A stretch of DNA of 44,870 bases from Prevotellaceae bacterium (GTDB lineage: Bacteria; Bacteroidota; Bacteroidia; Bacteroidales; UBA932), in the NCBI GenBank assembly GCA_031284065.1, contig JAITAP010000026.1:1-44870 (forward strand), read 5' to 3'. Shown one piece after another: positions 1 to 9,497 of this stretch; position 1 is the first letter of the stretch, and each line of letters begins with the position of its first letter. The notes beneath the pieces are model-generated. The model did no database searches and was not told the origin of the DNA. It worked only from the letters and a program-made list of their open reading frames with translations. The position numbers and the translations under genes are program-made.

Positions 1-235
1 CACATTCCTAACGGAATGTGTTGCGCCGAGAACCATTGCCCTTTTCTACCGAGCGATTCATTCCTACGGAATGAAAGACGCAAGCAACCTGCAACGCCTC
101 GCTCCCAGACCTCACCCCCGGCCCCTCTCCAAAGGAGAGGGGTGGCTTGCGCCGAACATCGTGTCCCTGCTCCCCTCTCCTTTGGAGAGGGGTCGGGGGT
201 GAGGTCTCTCAAAGTGTCGTCCCTGCGGGGCTTTT
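1..235. repeat. Cluster of REP-like extragenic palindromes
   Basis: Hairpins CACATTCC-taac-GGAATGTG (1-20) and TCATTCC-tac-GGAATGA (58-74). Two inverted copies of a 36-nt unit AGACCTCACCCCCG[G/A]CCCCTCTCCAAAGGAGAGGGG lie at 107-142 and 172-207 with 1 mismatch. Each unit contains a 9-bp-stem hairpin CCCCTCTCC-nnn-GGAGAGGGG. Confidence 0.6.
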
Positions 236-260
236 AGAATGTATCGGGAGATAACTATCC

Positions 261-1136
261 CTACTCAAAAGCCTTTTTCAGCCATCCCCTCAATTCGGTC
301 AACACTTCCTGATTGTAGCGAAAATTCGTTCTGTTGCCCCATCCGTGCCCGCCGGTCGGGTAGATGAACATTGCCGCAGAAGCGCCGTGCTCCAGCAACG
401 CCATGTAGTACTTGATTGAGTTGATGGGCTTCACCGCCCTGTCGTCGCCGGAAAGCGCGATAAAAGCCGGAGGCGTAGCGTCCGTTACCTGCCGGTCATT
501 GCTGTAAAGGTTTTCCATTTCTACGGAGGGATTATCCCCGAGCAGCTTGCTGCGGGAGCCGGAGTGGGTAACATTCGCATCCATCAGGATGACGGGGTAA
601 AACAGTATCTGGAATGTCGGTCGGAGCTCATCCGGCGCGTGGGTCGCAACCGTTGAGGCCAGATGTCCGCCTGCCGAAAACCCCATAATCCCAATGCCGG
701 CAGGGTCAATGTTCCACTCGGCGGCATGTTTTTTCGCCAGCCGGATTGCTTCCATAGCGTCCGAAGCCGGAACTTCGTGATGACCGTTGGGCAAACGGTA
801 CTTCAGCACAATTGCCGCAATCCCCTGCTCGTTGAAGAATGTTGCCCAGCCGTACCCCTCGTGCTCCGTAGCCAAGTTGCTGTACCCGCCGCCCGGACAA
901 ATGACAACCGCCTTTGCCGGTTTCTCCGCCTTTGGCGGAAGGTAAACGCGAATGGACGGCTTGAAATTCTTCTTTGCGTCGTCGTAACCCTGCGACTCCA
1001 TTCCGTTGGAGTTGGGTAGTCCGTTCTCCCACAAATCCACGTCAAGCGGGGCGGGTGCAGCGGCTGCGTCGGCTCTCGCCTTAAAGGAGAGCAATAGCGG
1101 AAAAATCCACATAAAACATCTAATAGCCATAGCCAT
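261..1136 (-). CDS. Secreted alpha/beta-hydrolase fold esterase/lipase
   Basis: 291-aa ORF with an N-terminal signal-like segment. It has a PGGGY oxyanion-type motif and a GFSAGGH nucleophile elbow (GxSxG). Confidence 0.75.
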   Translation of the reverse strand: MAMAIRCFMWIFPLLLSFKARADAAAAPAPLDVDLWENGLPNSNGMESQGYDDAKKNFKPSIRVYLPPKAEKPAKAVVICPGGGYSNLATEHEGYGWATFFNEQGIAAIVLKYRLPNGHHEVPASDAMEAIRLAKKHAAEWNIDPAGIGIMGFSAGGHLASTVATHAPDELRPTFQILFYPVILMDANVTHSGSRSKLLGDNPSVEMENLYSNDRQVTDATPPAFIALSGDDRAVKPINSIKYYMALLEHGASAAMFIYPTGGHGWGNRTNFRYNQEVLTELRGWLKKAFE

Positions 1137-1215
1137 AATTTTATTTTGTTGCCACTATGCGAACAGCGCGAAAAAGTTTGCAAAGGTAGCGATTTTCAGA
1201 ATGTAATCCAACCGG

Positions 1216-2286
1216 TTAGTACCCTTTTCTCACGTCCAGCACCGCCGGCAGGTGGTCGCTGATACCGCCCGCGTAGCTAAAACCGTTGTAGGTGCGGCGG
1301 GGTCTGTTGCCGGTATAGGTATCGTCCGGCTCGAGCAAGAACGGCGGCGAAAAAATGTAGTAATCTGCGGGCAGGCAGTATATCGGCGAATCTTTGTTGA
1401 GCAAGTTTCCCGACACAAAAAACATGTCAATCAGCTCCCACTTTCCCTGAAATTTGATGCTGCCCACGCCGGCGTTGTGCAGCGGGAGCGCAAGGTTGTA
1501 GAGGCTATCGGGCGCAACGCCGTTGAGGTTTTCCGAAGCGCCCAGCCCCTCGCTGAGGCAGCGGCTATCGGGGGTGTCGTTAAAATCACCCATGATGATG
1601 AGGTTGGCCGTGCGCGACGCCGTCAGGATGGAGTCGGCAATGCGCCGCAGCGCTTCGGCGGCAGCCATGCGCCCGCTCTCGGAAGCCGCCGCGCCGCCGT
1701 ACTTTGACGGCAGGTGGCACACCATGACGTGCAGCGTGTCGAGCTCGTTCACCACGCCTTTTGCCAGCAGTACCTCGCGCGTGGCGCGCCCGCTCGGGAG
1801 CGTTACCTCAAAAAATTTACTGCCTGTCAGCTGAAAAGTTTCCCTGTTGTAAATTAGCCCCACGTCGATGCCTCGCGTGTCGGGCGAATCGTGGTGAACC
1901 ACGCCGTACGGAAACTTTGCCAGCGGGGTCTCCCGAATAATTCTGTTGAGCACAAACCGATTTTCGATTTCGCACACCCCAATCAGGTCGGGCGGCGTAA
2001 CGCCGCCTACCGCCACGATGACCTTAAAAATGTCGGTGGTTTTTTTGGTAAAGCGTTCCCACGTCCAGCGGTGCGGGGTGTTTTCGGCAAATTCTTTTTG
2101 CGGGTTGAGGCTATCGGCAAAGGGCGAAAAAAAGTTTTCGAGGTTGTAGAACATTACCCGCAGGTCTCCGGCGGCGCGTGGTTGCGCCTGCGCGGGAGCG
2201 GCAATACTCCACGTCGGGAGGCACAGCAGCAACGCTCCCAAGAGCCCTGCAAAGAATTTTACGCTGTCTTTACGGCTTGTACGCAT
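1216..2286 (-). CDS. Endonuclease/exonuclease/phosphatase (EEP) family protein, secreted
   Basis: EEP hallmarks are present: FYNLENFF, GVCEIEN, GDFND, SDHLP. The start was moved to the internal Met (MRTSRKD...) that precedes a signal peptide. It then overlaps the upstream gene's stop by 17 nt. Confidence 0.7.
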   Translation of the reverse strand: MRTSRKDSVKFFAGLLGALLLCLPTWSIAAPAQAQPRAAGDLRVMFYNLENFFSPFADSLNPQKEFAENTPHRWTWERFTKKTTDIFKVIVAVGGVTPPDLIGVCEIENRFVLNRIIRETPLAKFPYGVVHHDSPDTRGIDVGLIYNRETFQLTGSKFFEVTLPSGRATREVLLAKGVVNELDTLHVMVCHLPSKYGGAAASESGRMAAAEALRRIADSILTASRTANLIIMGDFNDTPDSRCLSEGLGASENLNGVAPDSLYNLALPLHNAGVGSIKFQGKWELIDMFFVSGNLLNKDSPIYCLPADYYIFSPPFLLEPDDTYTGNRPRRTYNGFSYAGGISDHLPAVLDVRKGY

Positions 2287-3667
2287 AGCACCCCAAGCTT
2301 TTATCGTGTGAAATACTTCTGTCGTACCCGTCAGCGTCAACCGGGTAGGCTGCGGCAATGCTGTCCAGCCCCGCGTTGACGGCAGGCGATTTCTCCGACA
2401 GGTGAAAATCATTTTTGTCAGCGTCTTTGAACGCAGGCTTTTCGGTTATGACGCCCACGTAGCGCTCGCCGTCGCTCAAGTCGTAGCTGCTGCTCAGCTT
2501 CACTATACAATTCTCCAGCTTGAGGCGCATGGGGGCACGCCCCTTTTGCTCGTGCACGCTAAGCCCGTTTGCGCTACTCCCGTAAATAATGCTGTTGGCA
2601 AAGTACGCCTCCAAAGGCGTGGGTATGGTGTCGTAGCTGTTGGGCTTTGCCCTTTCGCGCAGGCGGTAGCTTTGCAGCGTAACCGGCAGGCCGTCGCAGG
2701 CAAAGGTGCAGTGGTAAAAGTTGCAGCTTCCGCCCTCCACCAGCAAGGCATTGCTGAGGCATCCGGCAAAAAGGCAGTTGTCCGCGTTGACCTTGCCGTT
2801 GCTTATCCGCATCCCCACATTGGCGTACTCTACCATCGAATTTTTCAGCGTCAGCTGCACGCTGTCTGCCGCGCTCAGCGTATCGGTTACGTCAAAGGCG
2901 CATCGCGCTCCCCTGATTCGCGCGCCGCTCACGCTTGCGCGTCCGGTTGCGGAAATGCTAACGCCCTCCCACTGCCCTGTTGCATCGCTATACCAGGGGT
3001 CGTTGTAGCGCGGGAACGAAAAAACGCAAGGATTTTCCGGCGTTCCCTCTACCTTGAGCGTACCGTGTACGGCAATTCCCGCTTTTGCGCCGAAGTACAG
3101 CTTTGCCCCGGCGGCCACCGTTACGGTTGCGTCGCTGTCCACAGCCGCTGCGCCGTGCAGAATGTAGGGCTTGTCGGCGGTGAACGTGTACGCGCCGTGC
3201 AGCGCAGTATCCCTGTCAAACACAACCGCGTCCTGCCCGTACGCCGTAACTTCGAGCCGGCTTGCCAGCTCCACGCCGTTCACCACAAACACAACAGCGT
3301 CGGCGAGCAGGAGGCTTTTATTTTTTTTCACCTCCAAAAAAATGAACAGGCTGTCCTTCTTTGCCAGCTTTACGTTGCTCACGCTGTAGCCCGCTCGTCC
3401 GTCAACGTTCATCCGGAAAGGCGATGCGTCCTCGCCCCGCAGCCGCACCTCGTCAAAGAGGAGATTTTTGCTGCCCGGGTTGTAAACCTTGCACGAAAAA
3501 GTGGTAGAGCCTAAGGGTGAAAAAACGGTGTCGAAGCAAAGCGTATCGCTCGAAAAGTTAAGCGTTGCCGCGCTATCCGAAACAAACTCCTGCTGCTGAC
3601 AGCGCACGGCAAAAGCAAAAAGTACAAGTATAAAATAGCGCCGCCTGTATTTCACAAAAAACTGCAT
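2270..3667 (-). CDS. Hypothetical secreted protein, possibly a parallel beta-helix repeat protein
   Basis: 465-aa ORF with an N-terminal hydrophobic signal. It is rich in repetitive G/N/A/V beta segments and ends with DFHLSEKSPAVNAG, a pattern seen in beta-helix proteins. The fold call is inference only. Confidence 0.45.
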   Translation of the reverse strand: MQFFVKYRRRYFILVLFAFAVRCQQQEFVSDSAATLNFSSDTLCFDTVFSPLGSTTFSCKVYNPGSKNLLFDEVRLRGEDASPFRMNVDGRAGYSVSNVKLAKKDSLFIFLEVKKNKSLLLADAVVFVVNGVELASRLEVTAYGQDAVVFDRDTALHGAYTFTADKPYILHGAAAVDSDATVTVAAGAKLYFGAKAGIAVHGTLKVEGTPENPCVFSFPRYNDPWYSDATGQWEGVSISATGRASVSGARIRGARCAFDVTDTLSAADSVQLTLKNSMVEYANVGMRISNGKVNADNCLFAGCLSNALLVEGGSCNFYHCTFACDGLPVTLQSYRLRERAKPNSYDTIPTPLEAYFANSIIYGSSANGLSVHEQKGRAPMRLKLENCIVKLSSSYDLSDGERYVGVITEKPAFKDADKNDFHLSEKSPAVNAGLDSIAAAYPVDADGYDRSISHDKSLGCYAYKP

Positions 3668-3800
3668 AGTGTGTGTTGATAAATTTTAATCCGCTAATTC
3701 TTAAGTCGCAAAAATACGCAAAACTTTTTATTTGCACAATTGGATTTTTTTATATGCAAATAATTGGCGTATTTTGGCGTATATAAATATGGGCTTGAAG

Positions 3801-3808
3801 TAACTTTG
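3801..3808 (+). promoter_or_regulatory. Bacteroidota -7 box TAACTTTG (TAnnTTTG)
   Basis: Exact match to the TAnnTTTG pattern. It overlaps the left terminus of the palindromic element that lies upstream of the 3976 lipoprotein gene. Confidence 0.35.
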
Positions 3809-3929
3809 CTGCAACGAGAACTTGAGGAAAAAATTTAAATTCTGTATTGGCTGACGACGTGTAAGTCCCGCAGGGACGACACTTGATTAACCGCAGGCTT
3901 TATATGGTAATGTGCTCTCGTTGCAACAA
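3805..3929. repeat. GTTGCAACGAG-terminus palindromic element, copy A (~125 bp, MITE/REP-like)
   Basis: The termini TTTGCTGCAACGAGAAC (3805-3821) and GCTCTCGTTGCAACAA (ending at 3929) are inverted. There is an internal hairpin GTCCC-gca-GGGAC at 3865-3877. Related copies lie at 39492, 41707 and 44631. Confidence 0.6.
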
Positions 3930-3975
3930 CTTCGCTTGAAGTTGCAAAAACGGTTTATACTTAAATGCAAGGAAA

Positions 3976-4764
3976 ATGGTAGTAAAAAAAACTTGGCTGC
4001 TCATCTATTGTTGCACGTTGCTGCTGGCAGGCTGCAAATTGGCGTCGAACCCCGTGCAGCGGGCTGCGGGAAGCATGGAAGGAAACTGGATATGCACCGA
4101 TGTGCTGAATCAGATTGCTCAGGCAAAATCTATCCGACAGCTGAAAGATTATCCGCCTTATACGGAGCTCATTTTCATGCAGGACTCCAGCAAGCTGCTG
4201 GCGCTGAACGGGCAGGTAGATATGATAACGCTTTCCTATACGTACCTGAGCGGCGGAGATGCGCTGCAAGTATCCGATTTGGAGGGAAACGAAGAGGCGT
4301 ACATCAAGGTGATAGGCGACAGCATGTTGATGCTCAGCAACAACTTTTCTACAGACATGTGGCGCTACGTAAAAGTAGCGCCGGAAAGCGTATCGCCCAC
4401 CGGAAGCGTTGACGTGCCCGAAGTATTTCCGCTACTCCTCAACCACACGCTAATTTCCGGAGCATACACGGTAAAAAATGTTGACGAACCGTATCGCATT
4501 GTGTTTCGCAACAACGGGTACATTGCTTGCAGCTCCGATTTTACGCGGTACTCGCTGTGCTACAACGGCAGCTGCAATACCTACTCGCACCAAGACCTGA
4601 TATACCTCTCAAACGAGAGGTACGGTGATTTTTACGGCTGGAAAATACAGGACAGCACGCTTACCATTTACTCGCTCCTTCCCGTCAGCATGCCCGACGA
4701 AATAACGGAGTACAAGCTTGACAAGCCCATTTGGGTAATGGAAAAAATGACAGCCGCTATTTAG
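3976..4764 (+). CDS. Hypothetical lipoprotein
   Basis: 262-aa ORF with a signal peptide and lipobox (LLLAGC). No family recognised. Confidence 0.6.
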   Translation: MVVKKTWLLIYCCTLLLAGCKLASNPVQRAAGSMEGNWICTDVLNQIAQAKSIRQLKDYPPYTELIFMQDSSKLLALNGQVDMITLSYTYLSGGDALQVSDLEGNEEAYIKVIGDSMLMLSNNFSTDMWRYVKVAPESVSPTGSVDVPEVFPLLLNHTLISGAYTVKNVDEPYRIVFRNNGYIACSSDFTRYSLCYNGSCNTYSHQDLIYLSNERYGDFYGWKIQDSTLTIYSLLPVSMPDEITEYKLDKPIWVMEKMTAAI

Positions 4765-4922
4765 CAACACGGTAGCGTCTCAAATCGGCTGCTTCCTAAA
4801 ACCCGCCTCCCCCTTGTAGCGCAACGCCCCGTCGGGACGATGCTCGCTGTCGCTTCCAACATGTCGCCCCTGCGACACTTGCGCAATAACGATTTCTTTT
4901 GCGGAAAGCTTTTTTTAGCCGG

Positions 4923-5927
4923 TCAGTAGCGGGCATCCTTATTAAAGTTATCAATTTCGTTTTGTAGCTCTTGCTTTAATTCTTCCTCCGAAGGCAAATG
5001 GAGCTTGTACTTGGAAGCAAAAATCTGCGTGTTGTTTTCCGAAAGCGTATAGCGTACAATCGCCTCGCTCTTATCGGCGCAAAGGATAATGCCAATGGGC
5101 GGATTATCGCCCTCATTCATCATTTCGCGGGTGTAATAATTTACGTACATCTGCATTTGCCCTAAATCTTGGTGCACCACGTCATCCATTTTCAGGTCGA
5201 TAAGCACAAAACACTTCAGGATGTAGTGATAAAACACCAAGTCGATATAAAAATCTCTGCCGTCAAACGAAATGCGTTTTTGGCGGGCAATAAAGGAAAA
5301 TCCTCTGCCCATTTCCAAAAGAAATGCCTGCAAATGATTGATAACAGCCGTTTCCAAATCTTTTTCATACAAGTTATGAGCGGGCTTTATGTCTAAAAAT
5401 TCCAGAATGTATGGGTTGCGGATAAAATCTTTCGGGTCGGGCGGCGCCGCCGTCTTTTGAATTTCGGCGGAAACGGATTCTTTGTCCCGGCTCGACAATA
5501 ACCTTTCGTAGAAATACGTATTGATTTGTCGTTCAAGTTGGCGGGTGCTCCATCGGGATTTAATACACTCCTCAATGTAAAATCCGCGTGCTTTGCCATC
5601 CGTTACTCTCAGTATAAGGCGGTAGTGTGTCCAACCCAATTCGGGACGCACTGCGTCCCGAATTGGAAAAGTCAGATAAAACTGCCTGATTCTCCGCAAT
5701 TCTCGCTCCTCAAAACCCTTTCCAAAGTCCTGCGTGAGTTGCTTCGAAAGGTATTTCAGCAGCTGCGTTCCGTATTCGGCTCGCTCGTTGCCCGCTTGCG
5801 CCTCCACAATTTGTTTGCCTATGAGCCAATACGCCTCTACCATCGCAAAATTGACGGCAGAGTACGCCTTGTCCCGCGCTGTGGCCAAAATCTCTTTTAT
5901 TCGACCATAGATTAGATTTTCGTTCAT
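4923..5927 (-). CDS. YhcG/DUF1016-family PDDEXK nuclease domain protein
   Basis: Starting from the internal Met, MNENLIYGRIKEILATARDKAYSAVNFAMVEAYWLIGKQIVE... is a typical DUF1016 N-terminus. The C-terminal part has D...ELK-type patterns (FYIDLVFYHYILKCFVLIDLK). The gene is more AT-rich than its neighbours. Confidence 0.7.
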   Translation of the reverse strand: MNENLIYGRIKEILATARDKAYSAVNFAMVEAYWLIGKQIVEAQAGNERAEYGTQLLKYLSKQLTQDFGKGFEERELRRIRQFYLTFPIRDAVRPELGWTHYRLILRVTDGKARGFYIEECIKSRWSTRQLERQINTYFYERLLSSRDKESVSAEIQKTAAPPDPKDFIRNPYILEFLDIKPAHNLYEKDLETAVINHLQAFLLEMGRGFSFIARQKRISFDGRDFYIDLVFYHYILKCFVLIDLKMDDVVHQDLGQMQMYVNYYTREMMNEGDNPPIGIILCADKSEAIVRYTLSENNTQIFASKYKLHLPSEEELKQELQNEIDNFNKDARY

Positions 5928-5934
5928 TGCTACT

Positions 5935-6090
5935 TTATTCAACATTAGTTTGCAAAATACTCCATCGGGATTTAATACGCTCCTCAATGTAGAAACGCCT
6001 TGCCTGCTCATTCTCTACTTTCATAATCTTTCTATAGTGAGACCAATTCAATTCGGGACGCGCTGCGTCCCGAATTGGAAATGTTACATA
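5935..6090 (-). pseudogene. Fragment of a second DUF1016/YhcG gene
   Basis: YVTFPIRDAARPELNWSHYRKIMKVENEQARRFYIEERIKSRW parallels YLTFPIRDAVRPELGWTHYRLILRVTDGKARGFYIEECIKSRW of the adjacent intact gene. It has no N- or C-terminal remainder. Confidence 0.65.
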
Positions 6091-6546
6091 GCAAGGGGTG
6101 AAACCGACGCTACTAAGGGGGCTGTTGAGAGCAAGGGATAATAGACTACGCGCCACCCTTATTTCCCAAAAACGCCCTTAGTAGCGCAAAAAGCACGCAA
6201 CCCAACCCTTATTCCCTTATTATCAAAGCTGCATTTTTGTACATTCCGCCGGAATGCGGTAAACCCAAAATACACTTGCGAACATTGTCATTACTTATGG
6301 GAAGCTGTGTAAATCTACAATGCGCAAATGTACAACTTTTCTCACAAAAAAACCCCCTGCGTTTTATTCGTACCCCGACCGCCTCAAACCCCTTGCTCTT
6401 TCTACTTTTGTGCCGTAGCTGTGCAGGGCGAAAAATTCAGGGCGCCATGTCAGGCTTGCCCGCGCGGTAGCGGGTGAGCGCCTTGCCCTTGCTCTGATTT
6501 GCCGGCGCAATGTGTGCTTCTGTGCAGGAAATTTGAAAATTTCATG

Positions 6547-6554
6547 TATATTTG
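6547..6554 (+). promoter_or_regulatory. Bacteroidota -7 box TATATTTG upstream of asnS
   Basis: Exact TAnnTTTG match. It lies inside the track ORF's 5' extension, which argues for a downstream start codon. Confidence 0.45.
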
Positions 6555-6584
6555 CAGGAAATAATGGCAAGGTTATACTTTAAG

Positions 6585-7985
6585 ATGATGAAAATACCCG
6601 AAAGAACAAAAGTGGCGGAGCTGCTGAGCCGCGGTCAGGAAGGAGCTGAAGTAAGCGTGAAGGGCTGGGTGCGCACCAAGCGCGGCAACAAAAACGTAGC
6701 GTTTGTAGCCGTCAACGACGGCTCAACCATCAACAGTATTCAGCTGGTGTTTGACCTGCAAAATTTTTCGGAAAGCCAGCTTAAGGGCATAAGCACGGGC
6801 GCCTGCCTGCGCGCCACGGGCAAGCTGGTTGCCTCGCAGGGCAGCGGGCAGCGCGTAGAAATTCTGGCAACCGACGTAGAGCTGTACGGCGGCGCAGACC
6901 CCGACGCCTACCCCCTGCAAAAGAAAGGGCACACGCTTGAGTTTCTGCGCGAAATAGCCCACTTGCGCCCGCGCACCAACACCTTTGGCGCGGTGCTGCG
7001 CATACGGCACGCTATGGCGTACGCCATTAACAAGTATTTTAACGATAAGGGATTTGTTTACCTGCACACGCCTGTCGTAACCGCCTCCGACGCCGAAGGC
7101 GCAGGCGCCATGTTCAGGGTTACCACGCTCGACGCAAAAAATCCGCCGCTCACCGAGTCGGGAGAAGTCAACTTTGCCGAAGATTTTTTTGGCCGCGAAA
7201 CGAGCCTCACCGTTTCCGGTCAGCTTGAGGGCGAGCTGGGCGCTATGGCGCTGGGCGAGGTGTACACTTTTGGGCCTACCTTCCGCGCCGAAAACTCCAA
7301 CACTCCGCGCCACCTTGCCGAATTTTGGATGATTGAGCCGGAAATGGCGTTTTACGAAATTAAGGAAAACATGGACTTGGCGGAGGACTTTATCAAATCG
7401 CTGGTGCGCTACGCGCTGGAGCGCTGCATGGACGACCTGAAATTCCTGAACGACATGTACGATAAGGAGCTTATTGAGCGACTGCAAAACGTTTGCAGCG
7501 CCGAGTTTGTACGCTTGGACTACGGCGAGGGCGTGAAAATTCTGGAGCAAAGCGGGCAAAAATTTGAGTTCCCGGTGAGCTGGGGCGTTGACCTGCAAAG
7601 CGAGCACGAGCGATACCTTGTTGAAAACCATTTCAAAAAACCGGTAATTCTGACCAACTACCCCAAAGACATTAAAGCGTTTTACATGAAGCAAAACGAC
7701 GACGGCAAAACCGTGCGCGCTATGGACGTGCTGTTCCCCAGAATCGGCGAAATCATTGGCGGTTCGCAGCGCGAAGAAAGCCTCGAAAAGCTGCTGCTGC
7801 GCATCAACGAGCTGGGAATGGACGCCAAAACGCTGTGGTGGTACCTCGATACGCGTCGCTTTGGCACAGCGCCGCACAGCGGATTTGGGCTGGGATTTGA
7901 GCGGCTGCTGCTGTTTGTTACCGGAATGAGCAATATTCGAGACGTAATCCCATTCCCAAGAACGCCAAAAAATGCGGAGTTTTGA
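6585..7985 (+). CDS. asnS: Asparagine--tRNA ligase
   Basis: Class IIb aaRS layout. The N-terminal OB region ([25 protein letters not shown]) and motifs [21 protein letters not shown] and GFGLGFERL are characteristic of AsnRS. The start was chosen at MMKIPE, so the first codons are uncertain. Confidence 0.9.
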   Translation: MMKIPERTKVAELLSRGQEGAEVSVKGWVRTKRGNKNVAFVAVNDGSTINSIQLVFDLQNFSESQLKGISTGACLRATGKLVASQGSGQRVEILATDVELYGGADPDAYPLQKKGHTLEFLREIAHLRPRTNTFGAVLRIRHAMAYAINKYFNDKGFVYLHTPVVTASDAEGAGAMFRVTTLDAKNPPLTESGEVNFAEDFFGRETSLTVSGQLEGELGAMALGEVYTFGPTFRAENSNTPRHLAEFWMIEPEMAFYEIKENMDLAEDFIKSLVRYALERCMDDLKFLNDMYDKELIERLQNVCSAEFVRLDYGEGVKILEQSGQKFEFPVSWGVDLQSEHERYLVENHFKKPVILTNYPKDIKAFYMKQNDDGKTVRAMDVLFPRIGEIIGGSQREESLEKLLLRINELGMDAKTLWWYLDTRRFGTAPHSGFGLGFERLLLFVTGMSNIRDVIPFPRTPKNAEF

Positions 7986-8105
7986 GCAATACGTAGCGAA
8001 CAGCGAATAGCGGAGTAACGGCGCAAGGCGCGGCAGCGTTCACGGCTACTCACTGTTCATTATCCGCTACTCGCTATTCATTCACTCACTATTCGTTATT
8101 TCATT

Positions 8106-9497
8106 GTGCAAAAACAAGCTCTTACACAAAAACAGCTCCAGCGGCTTTCGCCGTTGCAGCTCCAGCAAATAAAGTTGCTGGAGCTCTCCGTTATTGACCT
8201 TGACCAACGGGTGAATGAGGAGCTGGAGAACAACCCTGTGCTGGAGGAAGTAAAAAGCGACGCCTCGCCGGACGAGGAAGCCACCGCAAAAGCTTCAACC
8301 GAAAGCGAAGAAGACATACCCGCATACCGGCTGCGCGAAAGCAACAGCCAGCCGCGCGAAGGCCGCGACATGCAGCTTGTGGGACAGAACCGGCTTGGGT
8401 TTTACGAAATTATGCTCTCCCAGCTGGCGTTGCACCCCGTTGACGAACGCCAGCGCACAGCCGCAACATTCCTTATCGGCAGCATGGACAGCGACGGATA
8501 CCTGCGCCGTCCGCTCAACGAAATAGCCGACGACATGGCGTTTACCGAAAATCAAGTCGTGAGCGAGCAAGAGCTGGAGGATATGCTGCGCATGATACAG
8601 GACTTTGAGCCTGCCGGCGTTGGCGCGCGCAACCTGCAGGAGTGCCTGCTGCTTCAGCTCGACGCCAAAGAGGAGCAAAGCAAAAACGTGCAGCTGGCAA
8701 AAGTTGTCTTGCAGCGCACGTTTGGCGATTTTTCGGCTAAGAACTACGATAAAATTTGCGCCGAGCTTGGCATTTCGAGCCGGGAGCTGAGCGCTGCCGC
8801 TGCCGAAATAACCAAGCTCAACCCGCGACCCGGCGCCGGGCTGGGCGAAGAGGTGACGGATACCGCCCCACCCATCATACCCGATTTTGTGGTGGAGTAC
8901 AAAGACGGAGCGCTACAGCAATCCCTCACGTCGCGCCATACCCCGCAGCTGCGCGTAAGCCCGGAGTACATTACTTTCCTCAAAAGTCAGGCAAAAAACA
9001 AGGAGGCGCTGAGCTTTGTCCGCAAAAAAATCGACGACGCCCGCTGGTTTATCGACGCTATCCAGCGCAGGTGCATAACGCTCGGCATCGTGATGAACGA
9101 TATTGTGCAAAAGCAAAAGGATTTTTTTTCTACGGGCGACGAAACCAAGCTGCGACCTATGGTCATGCGCTCCGTAGCGAGCGATACGGGCTACGACCTG
9201 TCCACCATATCGCGCGTGGTGAGCAACAAGTACGTGCAAACAAACTTCGGAATATATCCGCTCAAATTTTTCTTTTCGGAATCCATGAAAACCGACGGCG
9301 GCGAGGAAGTCTCAAACCGCACGCTAAAAGTGATGATTAAAAAGCTCGTTGACGAAGAGGACAAATGCTTCCCGCTGAGCGACAAAGAAATTGCCGACAT
9401 TCTCAAGAAGCAGGGCTACATTATTGCCCGCCGCACCGTAGCAAAATACCGCGACATGATGCACATTCCGGTGGCGCGGATGAGAAGAGCCGGCTAA
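8106..9497 (+). CDS. rpoN: RNA polymerase sigma-54 factor
   Basis: N-terminal Q/L-rich region (QKQLQRLSPLQLQQIKLLELS) and a C-terminal RpoN box ARRTVAKYR. The ORF track gives a GTG start. Confidence 0.9.
   Translation: MQKQALTQKQLQRLSPLQLQQIKLLELSVIDLDQRVNEELENNPVLEEVKSDASPDEEATAKASTESEEDIPAYRLRESNSQPREGRDMQLVGQNRLGFYEIMLSQLALHPVDERQRTAATFLIGSMDSDGYLRRPLNEIADDMAFTENQVVSEQELEDMLRMIQDFEPAGVGARNLQECLLLQLDAKEEQSKNVQLAKVVLQRTFGDFSAKNYDKICAELGISSRELSAAAAEITKLNPRPGAGLGEEVTDTAPPIIPDFVVEYKDGALQQSLTSRHTPQLRVSPEYITFLKSQAKNKEALSFVRKKIDDARWFIDAIQRRCITLGIVMNDIVQKQKDFFSTGDETKLRPMVMRSVASDTGYDLSTISRVVSNKYVQTNFGIYPLKFFFSESMKTDGGEEVSNRTLKVMIKKLVDEEDKCFPLSDKEIADILKKQGYIIARRTVAKYRDMMHIPVARMRRAG

Noticed and set aside
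16-237. 73-aa ORF at the window start
   Set aside because: It is read straight through the REP-like palindromes. The peptide text APLSFGEGSGVRS is the typical translation artefact of such repeats.
3912-4412. 166-aa plus-strand ORF overlapping the 3976 lipoprotein gene in another frame
   Set aside because: Its 5' end lies inside palindromic-element copy A. It has a basic, low-complexity composition. The overlapping frame has a proper signal peptide and lipobox.
6723-7877. 384-aa ORF antisense to asnS. Similar long antisense or alternate-frame ORFs include 2402-3514, 19012-19923, 24359-25099, 25474-26511, 30102-31073, 34716-35669, 37781-38659 and 42530-43753.
   Set aside because: They lie wholly inside confidently identified genes on the opposite strand. 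Their composition is R/A/G/V-rich and low-complexity, as expected of shadow ORFs in GC-rich coding DNA. They have no recognisable motifs.
8040-8100. Low-complexity spacers (TCACTCACTATTCGTTATTTCATT here; ATTCGTAATTCGTAATT at ~18645)
   Set aside because: These are short, imperfect, AT/CG word repeats with no clear unit structure or pairing. They look like ordinary spacer sequence; I saw no evidence of function.
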